Below, piece after piece: positions 54,242 to 64,000 of a DNA stretch of 64,000 nucleotides (the stretch's first letter is position 1; every line of letters begins with the position of its first letter). The stretch is from assembly GCA_005889405.1 (NCBI GenBank), contig VBFY01000014.1, positions 2,542 to 66,541 of the forward strand, given 5' to 3'. Under the pieces are notes generated by a model that was not told the origin of the DNA, made no database searches, and saw only the letters and a list, made by a program, of their open reading frames with translations. The position numbers and the translations under genes were made by a program. The stretch comes from Chloroflexota bacterium (lineage in GTDB: Bacteria; Chloroflexota; Limnocylindria; P2-11E).

Positions 54242-55366
54242 ATGCACGTCGCCCGCTCCGACCTGCGCGCCATCACGCTCCTCCTCGTCACCACTCTCGT
54301 CGCCGCCGCCTGCGGCGGTCCAAAGACGATCGAGTTCTCGCCGTCCCCGACAGCGCCGGTGACAAAGGCGAGCCCGACGCCAAGAGCGACGCTTGCTCCG
54401 GATGCGCCGTGCGAGGAGTGTTGGCCGCTGAGCGGCCTACCGGCCTCGAACGGCGCGCCGACGAACCGCAAGCCGCTGCTGATCAAGATCGACAACGCAC
54501 CGGCCGCCCGCCCGCATTACGGCATCACGCAGGCGGACATGGTTTTCGAGATCATCGTCGAGGGCGGCGTGACGAGGCTCGCGGCGGTGTTCCAGGCGCA
54601 GGACCCCGCGACGATCGGCAGCGTACGCTCGGCGCGGCTCGTCGATCGCTCGCTGACACCGATGGTCCGCGGTGCGCTGGTGTACTCCGGCACGTCCGCG
54701 TATGCGTGGTCGCTCATCAGCAAGGACGCCGACCAGGGCAGGTACGTCGAGCTTTCCGCCGACCACGAGCAGGGCTACTACCGCGTGAGCTTCCGCGCCG
54801 CCCCATACAACCTCTTCACCACCGCCGCGAACCAGCGCGACAACCTGAAGAAGCTGGGGGCCGAGACCGCGAACGACATCCCGAAGTGGGCCTTCCTCGT
54901 CTCGCAGGACCATCCAGCCACGCTCGCTGGGATGAGCGGCGGAGTGCCGGCGACAGAGATCGCGATCCCCTATCGCGCCGACACATCGGCGGTGAGCTAC
55001 CAGTACGACGCGGCCACGAAGACGTACGCGCGCTTCCAGAACTCAGCCGGCCGGGCGGTCCGCGACGTGGACGCGGTCACGAACAAGCCGGTTGCGGCGA
55101 CGGACGTCGTGATCATCCAGACCGAGATCTGGGACGTGCCGGACATCGTCGATGCCGCAGGCGCGTTGTCGAACGACATGCGCATGACGGGCACCGGGCC
55201 GGCGACCATATTCCGCGACGGCCTACGCCAGGAGGGCACCTGGTCGCGCAAGGACGACAACGCGCCGTTCACGTTCAAGAACGCCGCCGGCGAACCGATC
55301 CTCCTTTCACCCGGGCAGCCGTGGGTCCACGTGATCCCGAACGAGATGAAGGTCACCTCGCAGTAA
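54242..55366 (+). CDS. DUF3048 domain lipoprotein
   Basis: Lipobox AAAC, KIDNAPAARP, EGGVTR, GSVRSAR, APYNL. Confidence 0.88.
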   Translation: MHVARSDLRAITLLLVTTLVAAACGGPKTIEFSPSPTAPVTKASPTPRATLAPDAPCEECWPLSGLPASNGAPTNRKPLLIKIDNAPAARPHYGITQADMVFEIIVEGGVTRLAAVFQAQDPATIGSVRSARLVDRSLTPMVRGALVYSGTSAYAWSLISKDADQGRYVELSADHEQGYYRVSFRAAPYNLFTTAANQRDNLKKLGAETANDIPKWAFLVSQDHPATLAGMSGGVPATEIAIPYRADTSAVSYQYDAATKTYARFQNSAGRAVRDVDAVTNKPVAATDVVIIQTEIWDVPDIVDAAGALSNDMRMTGTGPATIFRDGLRQEGTWSRKDDNAPFTFKNAAGEPILLSPGQPWVHVIPNEMKVTSQ

Positions 55367-55386
55367 CGACGCGCTAACCTCGCTAG

Positions 55387-57252
55387 GTGATCTTCTTCAA
55401 GGGCACCGGTCCCATCGAGCCGCCCGCCGAGCGGCGCCAGCTTCGCCGCGTTCCGCGCGTGCTCGCGTCGTCATTCCGGCTCGTGTGGGAAGCCGCGCCG
55501 CGGCGTTTCATGGTGAGCCTCGCACCGCAGGCGGTGAGCGCGGTCATCGTCGGCGCGCAGCTCGTCATCACGCGCGATCTGATCGCCGCGGTCCTCGCGA
55601 CGGGGAGCGGCGGCGATGTCGGTCGTGTCGGCCAGCTGCTCGTGGCGACGATCGGGCTCTCGCTGCTGGGCAGCGGCGCCAACCTCGTACAGAACCAGCA
55701 GCAGTCGCTCCTGTCGGCCATCGTGGAACGGCACACGAACTCGGTCTTGCTCGACCGCATCATCGCGATCGACCTGAAGCGGTTCGAGACGCCGGAGTTC
55801 CAGGACCTGCTCCGGCGGGCGATGAACGCGATGGGGCGGATGATGGGCGTGACCGGGGCCGCCATCGGCCTGGTCCGCGGCGTCGCGCTGATCATCGGCG
55901 TGGCCGCCGCGCTCTACGTGCTGCAACCGGTGCTGCTGCTCATCGCCGTCATCGGATTCGTCCCGATGTGGCTCGCGAGCATGGCGACGAGCCGCACCAT
56001 GTACCGCTTCTTCCGGTCGATGACGCCGAACGAGCGCATGCGCAACTACGTGTTCAACCTCTTCACGCAGCGCGAGTACGCGAAAGAGATCCGCGCCTTC
56101 GGGCTCGCCGGCTATCTACGCACGCTGTACGAGCGTCTCTCGAACGAGCGGCTCGAGGAGCTGCGCAAGAACCTTCGCAAGCGCGCGCGCTACCAGGCGC
56201 TGAGCAGCGGGGCCTCGGCCCTCGTGACCGCGCTCACGTACGGCGCGCTCGCGTACCTTGTGATCGAGCATCGCATCGGCGTGGCCGAAGCGGGCGCGGC
56301 GGTCGTCGCGAGCCAACAGCTCAACGGCCAGCTCAACGGGATCGTCCAGAACATGTCGCAGCTCTACGAGGCCAGCCTCTTCCTCGAGGACTGGGAGGAG
56401 TTCTCGGCTCTCGCGCCCGCGCGGCAGCTCGCGATGCCGGGCAGCGGGACGCCGTTCGATCGCATCGAGCTCGAGCACGTGACCTTCACCTATCCGCGGA
56501 CCAGCCCGAAGGACCCGGCGCCCGCCCGTGCTGCGCTGTCCGACGTTTCCCTCGAGATACGCAAGGGCGAGGTGATTGCACTCGTTGGCGAGAACGGCTC
56601 GGGCAAGACGACGCTCGCGAAGGTGCTCTGCGGCCTCTACCCGCCGGACGCCGGACGGATCCTGTGGGACGGCGTCGACGCGTCGACACGCGAGCCGGGC
56701 TGGATCTACGACCGTGTCGCCGTGCTCTTCCAGGATTTCGCGCGCTTCATGCTGACCGCCCGCGAGAACATCGGACTCGGACGCGTCGAGCGCGTCGGCG
56801 ACGCCGAGGCCATCATCCGCGCCGCGGAGCGCGCCGGCGCGACATCGTTCATCGACGCCTGGACCGATAAGTACGACACGATCCTCGGCCCGGTGTTCAT
56901 GGGTGGAAAGGAGATCTCGATCGGCCAGTGGCAGCGCATCGCGCTTGCGCGGGCGTTCTTCCGCGACGCGCCGTTGGTCGTTCTCGACGAGCCAACGGCG
57001 GCTCTGGACGCGCGCGCCGAGCACGACCTCTTCACGCGCATCCGCGATCTCTTCGCCGGACGGTCGGTGCTCCTGATCTCGCACCGCTTCTCGAGCGTGC
57101 GCTCGGCGGATCGCATCTACGTCCTCCACGAAGGACAGATCGTGGAGCACGGGACGCACGACGAGCTCATGCAGCTCGACGGCCGCTACGCCGAGCTCTT
57201 CACGATGCAGGCGTCGGCGTACTTCCCGGAGCTGATGAAGACGCGCGCCTAG
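55387..57252 (+). CDS. ABC transporter fused permease/ATPase
   Basis: AKEIRAF, GENGSGKTT, SIGQWQR, LDEPT, ISHR. Confidence 0.92.
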   Translation: MIFFKGTGPIEPPAERRQLRRVPRVLASSFRLVWEAAPRRFMVSLAPQAVSAVIVGAQLVITRDLIAAVLATGSGGDVGRVGQLLVATIGLSLLGSGANLVQNQQQSLLSAIVERHTNSVLLDRIIAIDLKRFETPEFQDLLRRAMNAMGRMMGVTGAAIGLVRGVALIIGVAAALYVLQPVLLLIAVIGFVPMWLASMATSRTMYRFFRSMTPNERMRNYVFNLFTQREYAKEIRAFGLAGYLRTLYERLSNERLEELRKNLRKRARYQALSSGASALVTALTYGALAYLVIEHRIGVAEAGAAVVASQQLNGQLNGIVQNMSQLYEASLFLEDWEEFSALAPARQLAMPGSGTPFDRIELEHVTFTYPRTSPKDPAPARAALSDVSLEIRKGEVIALVGENGSGKTTLAKVLCGLYPPDAGRILWDGVDASTREPGWIYDRVAVLFQDFARFMLTARENIGLGRVERVGDAEAIIRAAERAGATSFIDAWTDKYDTILGPVFMGGKEISIGQWQRIALARAFFRDAPLVVLDEPTAALDARAEHDLFTRIRDLFAGRSVLLISHRFSSVRSADRIYVLHEGQIVEHGTHDELMQLDGRYAELFTMQASAYFPELMKTRA

Positions 57253-58514
57253 GCCGTGGCTACTTCCGCGCTCCGCCACTCCGCGGCCGTCCTGACGCGC
57301 GGCAGCGGCGAGAAGATCAGGAAGAGCAGCGACGCGGCCATCCCGGCCCATCCCACGGCGATGGCACCACGGACCCCGATCTGCTCGGCGATCGCGGCCG
57401 CGGCGAGGGCGCCGATCGGATAGCCGATGCCGTGCGATACGACCTCGAGCGTCGCGTTCGCGCGACCGAGGATCCGGTCCGGGATGAGGCCCTGCACGAG
57501 CGAGATCTCGCCCACGCCCCCGATCGTCTGCATTCCGTCGCCGATGAGCTGCGGCAGGAACACCATGAGCGTCGCTAACGCGACCGGACCTTGCGCCAAC
57601 GGCGTGAGCACGCCGAGAGCGGACGACCCGAGCGCCATCCAGATGATCGCGGGACCGATGCCGAGGGCGCCGATCACACGCGAGGCGAACACCGACCCGA
57701 CCAGCGAGCCGACGCCGCCGGCCGAGATGACGATGCCGAGCAGGAAGGGATCGAGGTGCAGGTCCTGCAAGAGGTACAGCGAATAGAGGACGGCATAGAA
57801 CGATCCGGAGACGTGACCGAGGATCGATCGCAGCGCGAGCGGGAAGACGATGACATGACGCCGCACGGCCCAGAGACCCTCGATGATCTCGTGCGCGATC
57901 CGTGTGGTCGTGTCGCGCGAGGGTCGTAGCGGCTCGGGGCTGCGGATCATCGCGAGCGACACCGCCGAGGCCACGAATGAGAACGCATCGACCAGGATCG
58001 CGAACGGCGCGCCAGCGATCTGCACCAGCGTCCCCGCGAGCCCCGGCCCCCCGATCTCGGCGATCGAGGAGCTCGTCGCAAGCTTGCTGTTGGCGTCGAC
58101 GACGCGGTCAGTGCCGATGAGAGACGGCACATAGGCGGGATACGCCGAGTTGAACAGCGAGGCCAGGCAGGCTTCGATGAAGGCGACGGCATACAGCTGC
58201 TCGATGCGGAGGGCACCGATCGCGTACGCGACCGGGACCCAGAACAGCAGCGCCGCGCGGATGATGTCGGTCCAGACGAGGATGGGGCGTCGGCGCAGTC
58301 GATCGACCCAGGCGCCCGCGATGAGTCCGACCAGAAGTACTCCGATACTCGCCGAAATGACCAGATAGGCCATCTCGCGGGGGCCCGCACCGAGCACGAG
58401 GAGCGCGACGAGCGGAAGTGCTGTGCGCGTCACCACGGACCCGAGCCTGGAGATCGTCTGACCGGTCCAAAGCTTCAGGAAATCCGCATGCCGCCACAGC
58501 GACGGTCTTGACAC
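57249..58514 (-). CDS. MFS transporter (DHA3-like)
   Basis: FLKLWTGQTIS, GAWVDRLRRR, 12 TM. Confidence 0.9.
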   Translation of the reverse strand: MSRPSLWRHADFLKLWTGQTISRLGSVVTRTALPLVALLVLGAGPREMAYLVISASIGVLLVGLIAGAWVDRLRRRPILVWTDIIRAALLFWVPVAYAIGALRIEQLYAVAFIEACLASLFNSAYPAYVPSLIGTDRVVDANSKLATSSSIAEIGGPGLAGTLVQIAGAPFAILVDAFSFVASAVSLAMIRSPEPLRPSRDTTTRIAHEIIEGLWAVRRHVIVFPLALRSILGHVSGSFYAVLYSLYLLQDLHLDPFLLGIVISAGGVGSLVGSVFASRVIGALGIGPAIIWMALGSSALGVLTPLAQGPVALATLMVFLPQLIGDGMQTIGGVGEISLVQGLIPDRILGRANATLEVVSHGIGYPIGALAAAAIAEQIGVRGAIAVGWAGMAASLLFLIFSPLPRVRTAAEWRSAEVATA

Positions 58515-58566
58515 TGCGGGCCGAGCGTACCGTCGCCGGAGGGTGTTCGTTCTGGCGGCCTAGGGA

Positions 58567-60333
58567 ATGTGCGCGCACGGAAAGACGACGGCCCCCGGCG
58601 GGCCGACACGCCGCAAGGTGCTGCTGACCGCGCTCGCCACTGGTGTGGGTGTAGCGAGCGCCAGGATCCTGGGGCTGCGCAACCTCGATGCGTCGGAGTC
58701 GCTCAGCAGCCTCGTGGACACCATGAACATGTCGATGGCCACAGGCGTGGCCGAACTGCCGGATGAGTACGACGCGATGTTCGGCGTGCCGGACGACTCG
58801 TATGCCGCGCAGGACTTCCTCGATGCGTCCAACCTTCCGCGGACGAAGCCCGTCGCCCTTCCGCCGGTCGACGTCCGACCCGCGGTGGCGCTCCAATTGC
58901 CGGTCAGCGGGATCGCTTCGCCGAAGCTCGCGGGCGATGTTGATTGGGTCTCGCCGCTCCCGAAGGAGAGCGCGAAGGTCACGCACCTGCTGCGCCGCGC
59001 GACTTTCGGTGCGACGGAGGTCGAGCTCGACCGCGCACTGTCGGAAGGCTTCGCGCGCACGGTCGAGCGTCTCATCGAATCTCCGTTCGTCGAGCCACCG
59101 GTGTTCCCTGCCCCAGCGGCGCCGCGGCCCTCGGCCTCGCCGTCGATGACGCCACGCGCGAGCGCGTCAGCGCGGCCGAGCCCGAGTGCCTCCGCCAAGC
59201 CGAGCGCGAGCGCCGCGCCGAGCATGGCCGCGGGCGCGGCGAGCCCGAGCCCAAGCGCACCAGCGGTCTTGACGAACACGACCTCCATCAACATCGGCAA
59301 CCTGCAGGGCTGGTGGCTCGATTGGATGACGAAGAGCCCGACGCCGTTCGCGGAGCGCATGACGCTGTTCTGGCACGGGCATTTCACGAGCGACTACCGC
59401 AAGGTCGGAACGAACTCGCCCGCGATCTACTGGCAGAACCTCACCTGGCGCCGCATGGCGCTCGGCGATCTGAGGAGCATGCTGCTGAAGGTCACACCGG
59501 ACCTCGCGATGCTCCGCTACCTGGACCTCGCGGCGAGCACCGGCCGCGCGCCAAATGAGAACTACGCGCGCGAGCTGCTCGAGCTGTTCACGATGGGAGT
59601 CGGCAGCTACACCGAAGATGATGTGAAGGCCGCCGCGAAAGCGCTCGCGGGCTGGCGTCTGCCGATGCGCACCGAGCCGACCGCGCAGACCGGCATCTTC
59701 GACGCGCGCCGCGCGTTCACCGGCGCGGTCACGTTCCTGGGAAAGACCGGAACGTTCAACACCGAGAGCGTCGTGGACACGATCCTCGCCAACGACGCGA
59801 CGGCGCCGTTCATCGTGCGCCACCTCGTGACGTCGTTCGTGACGCCGAGCCCCTCCGATACGTACGTCGCGCGCCTCGCCGATCGCTTCCGCAGGTCGCG
59901 TTACGACACGAAGACGCTGATGCGCGACATCTTCACGAGCCCCGAGTTCGTCGCGCCCGAGACGTTCCGCTCGCTCATCAAGTCGCCGACGGACTTCATG
60001 ATCTCCGCGGCCAAGGCGCTCGGCGCGACGAACCTGAGCGGGACGATCCGGCAGTACGGCTCGACGCTCGGTCAGAACATGTTCGACCCGCCGAGCGTCG
60101 CGGGCTGGGGCGAAGGCGCGTCGTGGATCTCCTCGAACACGATGCTGCAGCGCGCGAACTTCGTCACCGCGGCGATCGGCGCGCTGCGCACGACTCCGTC
60201 CGCGGCGCGCGCGCACGAGCGGCACCTCGACAGCGTGCTCGCCCAGGGCACGGTCAACGAGCTCAACCTCGCGCGCGACGACAAGTCGCGTTGGTTCGCG
60301 GTCTTCGCATCGCCGGAGTTCCAGCTGAAATGA
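58567..60333 (+). CDS. DUF1800 family protein with Tat-like signal
   Basis: TRRKVL; HLLRRATFG, ERMTLFWHGHF, MLRYLD, PNENYARELLELFTMG, PPSVAGW, SPEFQL. Confidence 0.9.
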   Translation: MCAHGKTTAPGGPTRRKVLLTALATGVGVASARILGLRNLDASESLSSLVDTMNMSMATGVAELPDEYDAMFGVPDDSYAAQDFLDASNLPRTKPVALPPVDVRPAVALQLPVSGIASPKLAGDVDWVSPLPKESAKVTHLLRRATFGATEVELDRALSEGFARTVERLIESPFVEPPVFPAPAAPRPSASPSMTPRASASARPSPSASAKPSASAAPSMAAGAASPSPSAPAVLTNTTSINIGNLQGWWLDWMTKSPTPFAERMTLFWHGHFTSDYRKVGTNSPAIYWQNLTWRRMALGDLRSMLLKVTPDLAMLRYLDLAASTGRAPNENYARELLELFTMGVGSYTEDDVKAAAKALAGWRLPMRTEPTAQTGIFDARRAFTGAVTFLGKTGTFNTESVVDTILANDATAPFIVRHLVTSFVTPSPSDTYVARLADRFRRSRYDTKTLMRDIFTSPEFVAPETFRSLIKSPTDFMISAAKALGATNLSGTIRQYGSTLGQNMFDPPSVAGWGEGASWISSNTMLQRANFVTAAIGALRTTPSAARAHERHLDSVLAQGTVNELNLARDDKSRWFAVFASPEFQLK

Positions 60334-60343
60334 GGTACGCGTA

Positions 60344-61621
60344 ATGGGCGCCACCGATCTCTCGCGGCTGTCGCGTCGTGACTTCCTGAGGAACGGTTTC
60401 GTGTTCGGCGCCGGCGCCGCGGGTCTCGCGGCCGGATACGCCGCGGTGCCCGATGTGTTCGCGCGCGCGGTCTACGGCGGCAAGCTCGACGGCGTGATGA
60501 ACGACCGCGTCCTCGTCATGATCCAGCTGGCCGGCGGCGCGGACGGTCTCCAGACCGTGATCCCACTGCAGGACCCGAAGCTCCGCGCGCTACGGCCGCA
60601 GCTCTCGCAAGCGGCCAACTCCGCGCTCCCGCTCGACGCGAGCTTCGGCCTGAATCGATCGATGCGCGGCGTCAAGGCGCTCTGGGACCAGGGCAAGGTC
60701 GCGATCGTCCACGGCGTCGGCTATCCGCAGCCGAACTATTCGCATTTCGACTCGATCCGCATCTGGGAGACCGGCGACCCGATGCGCCGGCAGCAGGATG
60801 GCTGGCTCGGCAAGACGATCGCGGCGAACTACGACTCCGCCGGCCACCCGCTCGTCGGGTGCGCCTGCGGCTCGTCGGAGATCCCCGGCGCGCTGCGCGA
60901 CCTCGACGCGACGCTGTCCGTCATCAACGGACAGAACACGTTCAAGTTCAATGGCGCCGATGCGGACCGCGCGATGGGTGTCATCTACAACGGCACGCCC
61001 GGCATCTACGGCGCCCTCTTCGACACGTCGGTGTTCAGCGCGCGCGACACGATGGCGCGGCTGCGCCTCGCGCGCGAGAAGTACACCCCGCGCGCCGCGT
61101 ACAACGACAACGTGAATCTCGTCTACTCGTCCCGCAATCAGCTCGCCTCGGCGCTGCAGCTCGCGGCGCAGCTCATCATCAGCGGCGTCGGCGCGAAGAT
61201 CCTGCACGTCACGCTGGGTGGTTTCGACACGCACGATCAGCAGCTGGCGCGGCTCGACAGTCTCATGGGCTACGTCGACGGTGCGATCTCCGCTTTCCAC
61301 GCCGATCTTGCCGCGTACGGGATGTCCGATCGGGTGTTGATCGCGACCTGGTCCGAATTCGGACGCCGTGCGGCGGAGACCGCGAACGGCGGCACCGACC
61401 ACGGGGCGGCGGCGCCGATGTTCCTCATCGGTGACACGGTGAAAGGTGGCTTCTACGGCGAGGCGCCGAGCCTGGGCGCGCTCGACCGCGGCGGTAGCCT
61501 CAAGTACACGGTGGATTTCCGCCAGGTCTATCAGGAGATCCTCGAGTCGCACCTCAGGGTCGATTCGCAGGAGGTCCTCGGTAAGGCGTTCGAACGCATC
61601 CCGGCGGTCCGGACCGCGTAG
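60344..61621 (+). CDS. DUF1501 family protein with Tat signal
   Basis: SRRDFL; QLAGGADGL, SHFDS, GGFDTH, SEFGRR, GTDHG. Confidence 0.9.
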   Translation: MGATDLSRLSRRDFLRNGFVFGAGAAGLAAGYAAVPDVFARAVYGGKLDGVMNDRVLVMIQLAGGADGLQTVIPLQDPKLRALRPQLSQAANSALPLDASFGLNRSMRGVKALWDQGKVAIVHGVGYPQPNYSHFDSIRIWETGDPMRRQQDGWLGKTIAANYDSAGHPLVGCACGSSEIPGALRDLDATLSVINGQNTFKFNGADADRAMGVIYNGTPGIYGALFDTSVFSARDTMARLRLAREKYTPRAAYNDNVNLVYSSRNQLASALQLAAQLIISGVGAKILHVTLGGFDTHDQQLARLDSLMGYVDGAISAFHADLAAYGMSDRVLIATWSEFGRRAAETANGGTDHGAAAPMFLIGDTVKGGFYGEAPSLGALDRGGSLKYTVDFRQVYQEILESHLRVDSQEVLGKAFERIPAVRTA

Positions 61622-61992
61622 TGCCGCCCTGGGCGCTGCGCGTGCTTGCGGCTGGCATCACCGCGCTGTCGTTGCTCGGATCGACGAGCTACACGCTGGC
61701 TCACCCCAAGAACCCGAGCGCGCCGCTGCAGCCGCCGGTCGCGGAGAAGCCCGCGCCGCCACCCACGCCGTCGCCGACGCCAACGCTTCCCGTTCGGACA
61801 GCGACGCCAACGACGCCACCACCACCCACGACACCGCCGCCGACGGCCCGCGCGACCGCGACGGGATCCGCCCCCACCCCGTCACCGACGCGCGCCGCGA
61901 CCCTCCGCCCCACGCCGGTGCCGCAGATCACGCTACGCGCGGGCGTGCGCGCTACGGCGCTGCCGAAGGTCACGATCACGCACGTCTCATGA
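61621..61992 (+). CDS. Pro/Thr-rich exported or membrane-anchored protein
   Basis: Signal/TM segment, then PT-rich linker; start overlaps the DUF1501 stop. Confidence 0.7.
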   Translation: MPPWALRVLAAGITALSLLGSTSYTLAHPKNPSAPLQPPVAEKPAPPPTPSPTPTLPVRTATPTTPPPPTTPPPTARATATGSAPTPSPTRAATLRPTPVPQITLRAGVRATALPKVTITHVS

Positions 61993-62038
61993 CCGATTCC
62001 TAACAACACCCAGCCCTCGCTCATCTAGCCTTGTTCAC

Positions 62039-62578
62039 GTGAACGACCTGACCTTCTGGTTCCTCGCACGGATCACCGGCCTCACCGCATTCGCGGTCCT
62101 GTCGCTCGCGGTCCTCTCGGGCGAGGCGCTCCGCACCTCCGTTCTCGACTTCCTCGCCTCGAACCGCGCGATCCGCAGGCTTCACGACTTCACGACGCCG
62201 CTGTGGCTGCCGCTCGTGTTCGCGCACCTCATCTCGCTGCTGCTCGACAAGACGGCGCAGATCCGCCCCGTCGACGTCGTCGTGCCGTTCGTGAATCCGT
62301 ACGAGCCCTACTTCCTTCCGATCGGGCTCGGCACGATCGCGTTCGACATCATCATGGTGGTCACGGTCACGAGCTGGCTCAAACGCCGCATGAACAACAC
62401 GCTCTGGACCTGGATCCACCGCACGAGCTACATCGCGTTCGTCGCGATCTTCTTCCACGCCGCGCAGTCCGGGACTGATTTTGACGCGCCGCTCGTCTCC
62501 GCGATCGCGTGGTCGACGGCCGCGGCGCTCGCGATCATCGGCGTGACGCGCATCGTGTGGGGCCGACTCCCCGCCTGA
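62039..62578 (+). CDS. Ferric reductase-like (heme b) transmembrane protein
   Basis: W..AR..G, RLH, AH, WTWIHRTSY, FH: four His in TM helices. Confidence 0.8.
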   Translation: MNDLTFWFLARITGLTAFAVLSLAVLSGEALRTSVLDFLASNRAIRRLHDFTTPLWLPLVFAHLISLLLDKTAQIRPVDVVVPFVNPYEPYFLPIGLGTIAFDIIMVVTVTSWLKRRMNNTLWTWIHRTSYIAFVAIFFHAAQSGTDFDAPLVSAIAWSTAAALAIIGVTRIVWGRLPA

Positions 62579-62616
62579 ACTGTTCGGGTACTGTCGCGCC
62601 GTGCGGGTGTCTTTCC

Positions 62617-63402
62617 ATGGCTGACCACCACCACCGTCAGTCCATGCTCGTCCGCTACGCCGGTGATGCGCAGCGCGCGCGCGAGGAATACGAGAAGCGT
62701 CCGGGCTCGAACCTGCGCTTCCTGCTCCGCAAACGCTTCGACTGGATGCAGCGCTATCTCGGACCGGCGACGTACGCGGTCGAGGTCGGGTGCGGCGCTG
62801 GTTTCAGCGAGCTCTTTCTGCACGCGGGCAACCTCGAGCTGACCGACGCCGAGCCGCGGCCCTGGGCGCGCCGTGTCGTGGACGCGCAGGAGCTGCCGCA
62901 CGCCGACGCGAGCGTCGACGCTCTCATCGCGAACAACGTCATCCATCACCTCGCGTACCCCGATCGCTTCTTCCGCGGCGCGGCGCGCGTCCTCCGTCCG
63001 GGCGGTCACGTCCTCATACAGGAGTGCAACTGCTCGTGGACGACGCGGATCGCGCTCCGCGCGACGGGTCACGAGGGATACGACTTCTCGGCCGATCCAT
63101 TCGATCCGACGCGACCCTGCAACGACCCAAGCGATCCGTGGAGCGCGAACTGCGCGATCCCGAATCTGCTGTTCGACGACCTGGATCGCTTCGGCAAGCG
63201 TTATCCGGAGTTCGCGGTCGTGGATTCGGGCATGTCCGAGTTCTTCGTCCAGTTCAACTCGGGCGGCGTGACCGCGACCGTCCCGTACATCCCGCTCCCG
63301 TGGGCCGCGATGCGCGTCGTCGACGTCGTCGACCGCGTGCTCGTCGCCATCGCACCCGGTGTCTTCGCGAGCCAGCGCCGGCTCGTGCTACGGCGCGCGT
63401 AG
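62617..63402 (+). CDS. Class I SAM-dependent methyltransferase
   Basis: VEVGCGAG, DAQELP, VIHH, RVLRPGG. Confidence 0.85.
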   Translation: MADHHHRQSMLVRYAGDAQRAREEYEKRPGSNLRFLLRKRFDWMQRYLGPATYAVEVGCGAGFSELFLHAGNLELTDAEPRPWARRVVDAQELPHADASVDALIANNVIHHLAYPDRFFRGAARVLRPGGHVLIQECNCSWTTRIALRATGHEGYDFSADPFDPTRPCNDPSDPWSANCAIPNLLFDDLDRFGKRYPEFAVVDSGMSEFFVQFNSGGVTATVPYIPLPWAAMRVVDVVDRVLVAIAPGVFASQRRLVLRRA

Positions 63403-64000
63403 CCGCCAGAGGGGCCAGCCGGTGGCGGGCTCAGCGTCCGCGCGCTCGTAATTCGCGACGATGAAATCGACGACTCGCTCGAGCTCGGGTAGCGGCGCGT
63501 ACTGCGCCTCGGGCGAGACCCAGGTGTGCAGACCCGCGAGATCCAGCGGGGGCGTGACGAAGCTCTCACCCGACGCATCGAGGATCAGCGCCGGCCGCGC
63601 GCCTTGTAGGTCGGCGAGGAACTCCTCTACGCGAGCCGCCGTGGCATACCCACGCGTCGCGAGCGCCGCGTACTGGTACGCGTACCGGGTCGGCGACCGC
63701 CGGCCGGCGAGGAACAGCACCTCGGTGTGCGAGCCCCAGACGAGAACGGTGTCGTCGGGCCGCGTGTTCGCGGCGATGTAGGCGGCCGCCGAGCGCGCCC
63801 GGCCTTCGTCGGCCGTGAGCGCGAGGCGCGTCACCAGAAGCGCCGGGAAAACGCACATCGCGAGCACGGCGAGCGCCAGCGCCGGGAGCGCGATCCGCTG
63901 AGGCGCGATGCGCTTCACCTCGCTCACCGCGAACGCCGCGAGGACCGCCATCGACGGCAGCCACGCGATGAAGTAGTAGTGGTAGCCGCGTCCCCAGGTC
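63388..64000 (-). CDS. C-terminal part of a membrane glycosyltransferase-like (GT-C/ArnT-like) protein; 5' end outside the window
   Basis: YHYYF then TM helices, AAAYI...DTVLVWG...FLAGRRSPTRY. Confidence 0.65.
   Translation of the reverse strand, partial: TWGRGYHYYFIAWLPSMAVLAAFAVSEVKRIAPQRIALPALALAVLAMCVFPALLVTRLALTADEGRARSAAAYIAANTRPDDTVLVWGSHTEVLFLAGRRSPTRYAYQYAALATRGYATAARVEEFLADLQGARPALILDASGESFVTPPLDLAGLHTWVSPEAQYAPLPELERVVDFIVANYERADAEPATGWPLWRLRAP

Noticed and set aside
59100-61930. Low-complexity ccg/acg/agc repeats
   Set aside because: They encode Pro/Ser/Thr/Ala linkers in DUF1800 and the PT-rich protein.

Overview
High-GC bacterial chromosomal window with about 65 densely packed CDSs and three tRNAs (Arg-TCT, Glu-CTC, Gly-TCC). 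Gene content and style suggest a soil or sediment Chloroflexota-like organism; this is inference only. I see no CRISPR array, rRNA, integrase or transposase. Content is mostly housekeeping and metabolism: RibA/RibD-C fusion cluster, Cys/Met/Thr enzymes, MurA, GGT, LpdA, Acs, HU, LigC and LigD-Pol, a DEAD-box helicase, MFS/ABC transporters and DUF1800/DUF1501. The strongest signal, which the ORF track misses or truncates, is two hidden selenoprotein candidates. (1) A 73-aa ORF at 18467-18688 (+) has TWO in-frame TGA codons in a G-U-R-G-N-U (UxxxU) motif, each followed by a SECIS-like hairpin, and fills an operon gap exactly. (2) A lipoprotein with an HMA metal-binding domain at 22468-22785 (-) has a UxxC site and a textbook SECIS. 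Other observations: pervasive leaderless promoters including a symmetric 17-bp bidirectional one, an LLM gene with no canonical start, a terminator/antiterminator leader on the DEAD-box helicase, a decarboxylase-cNMP fusion, an HTH plus catalytically dead ImmA/IrrE pair, and a GGT with an internal deletion. Family assignments come from motif recognition by eye, not database searches.
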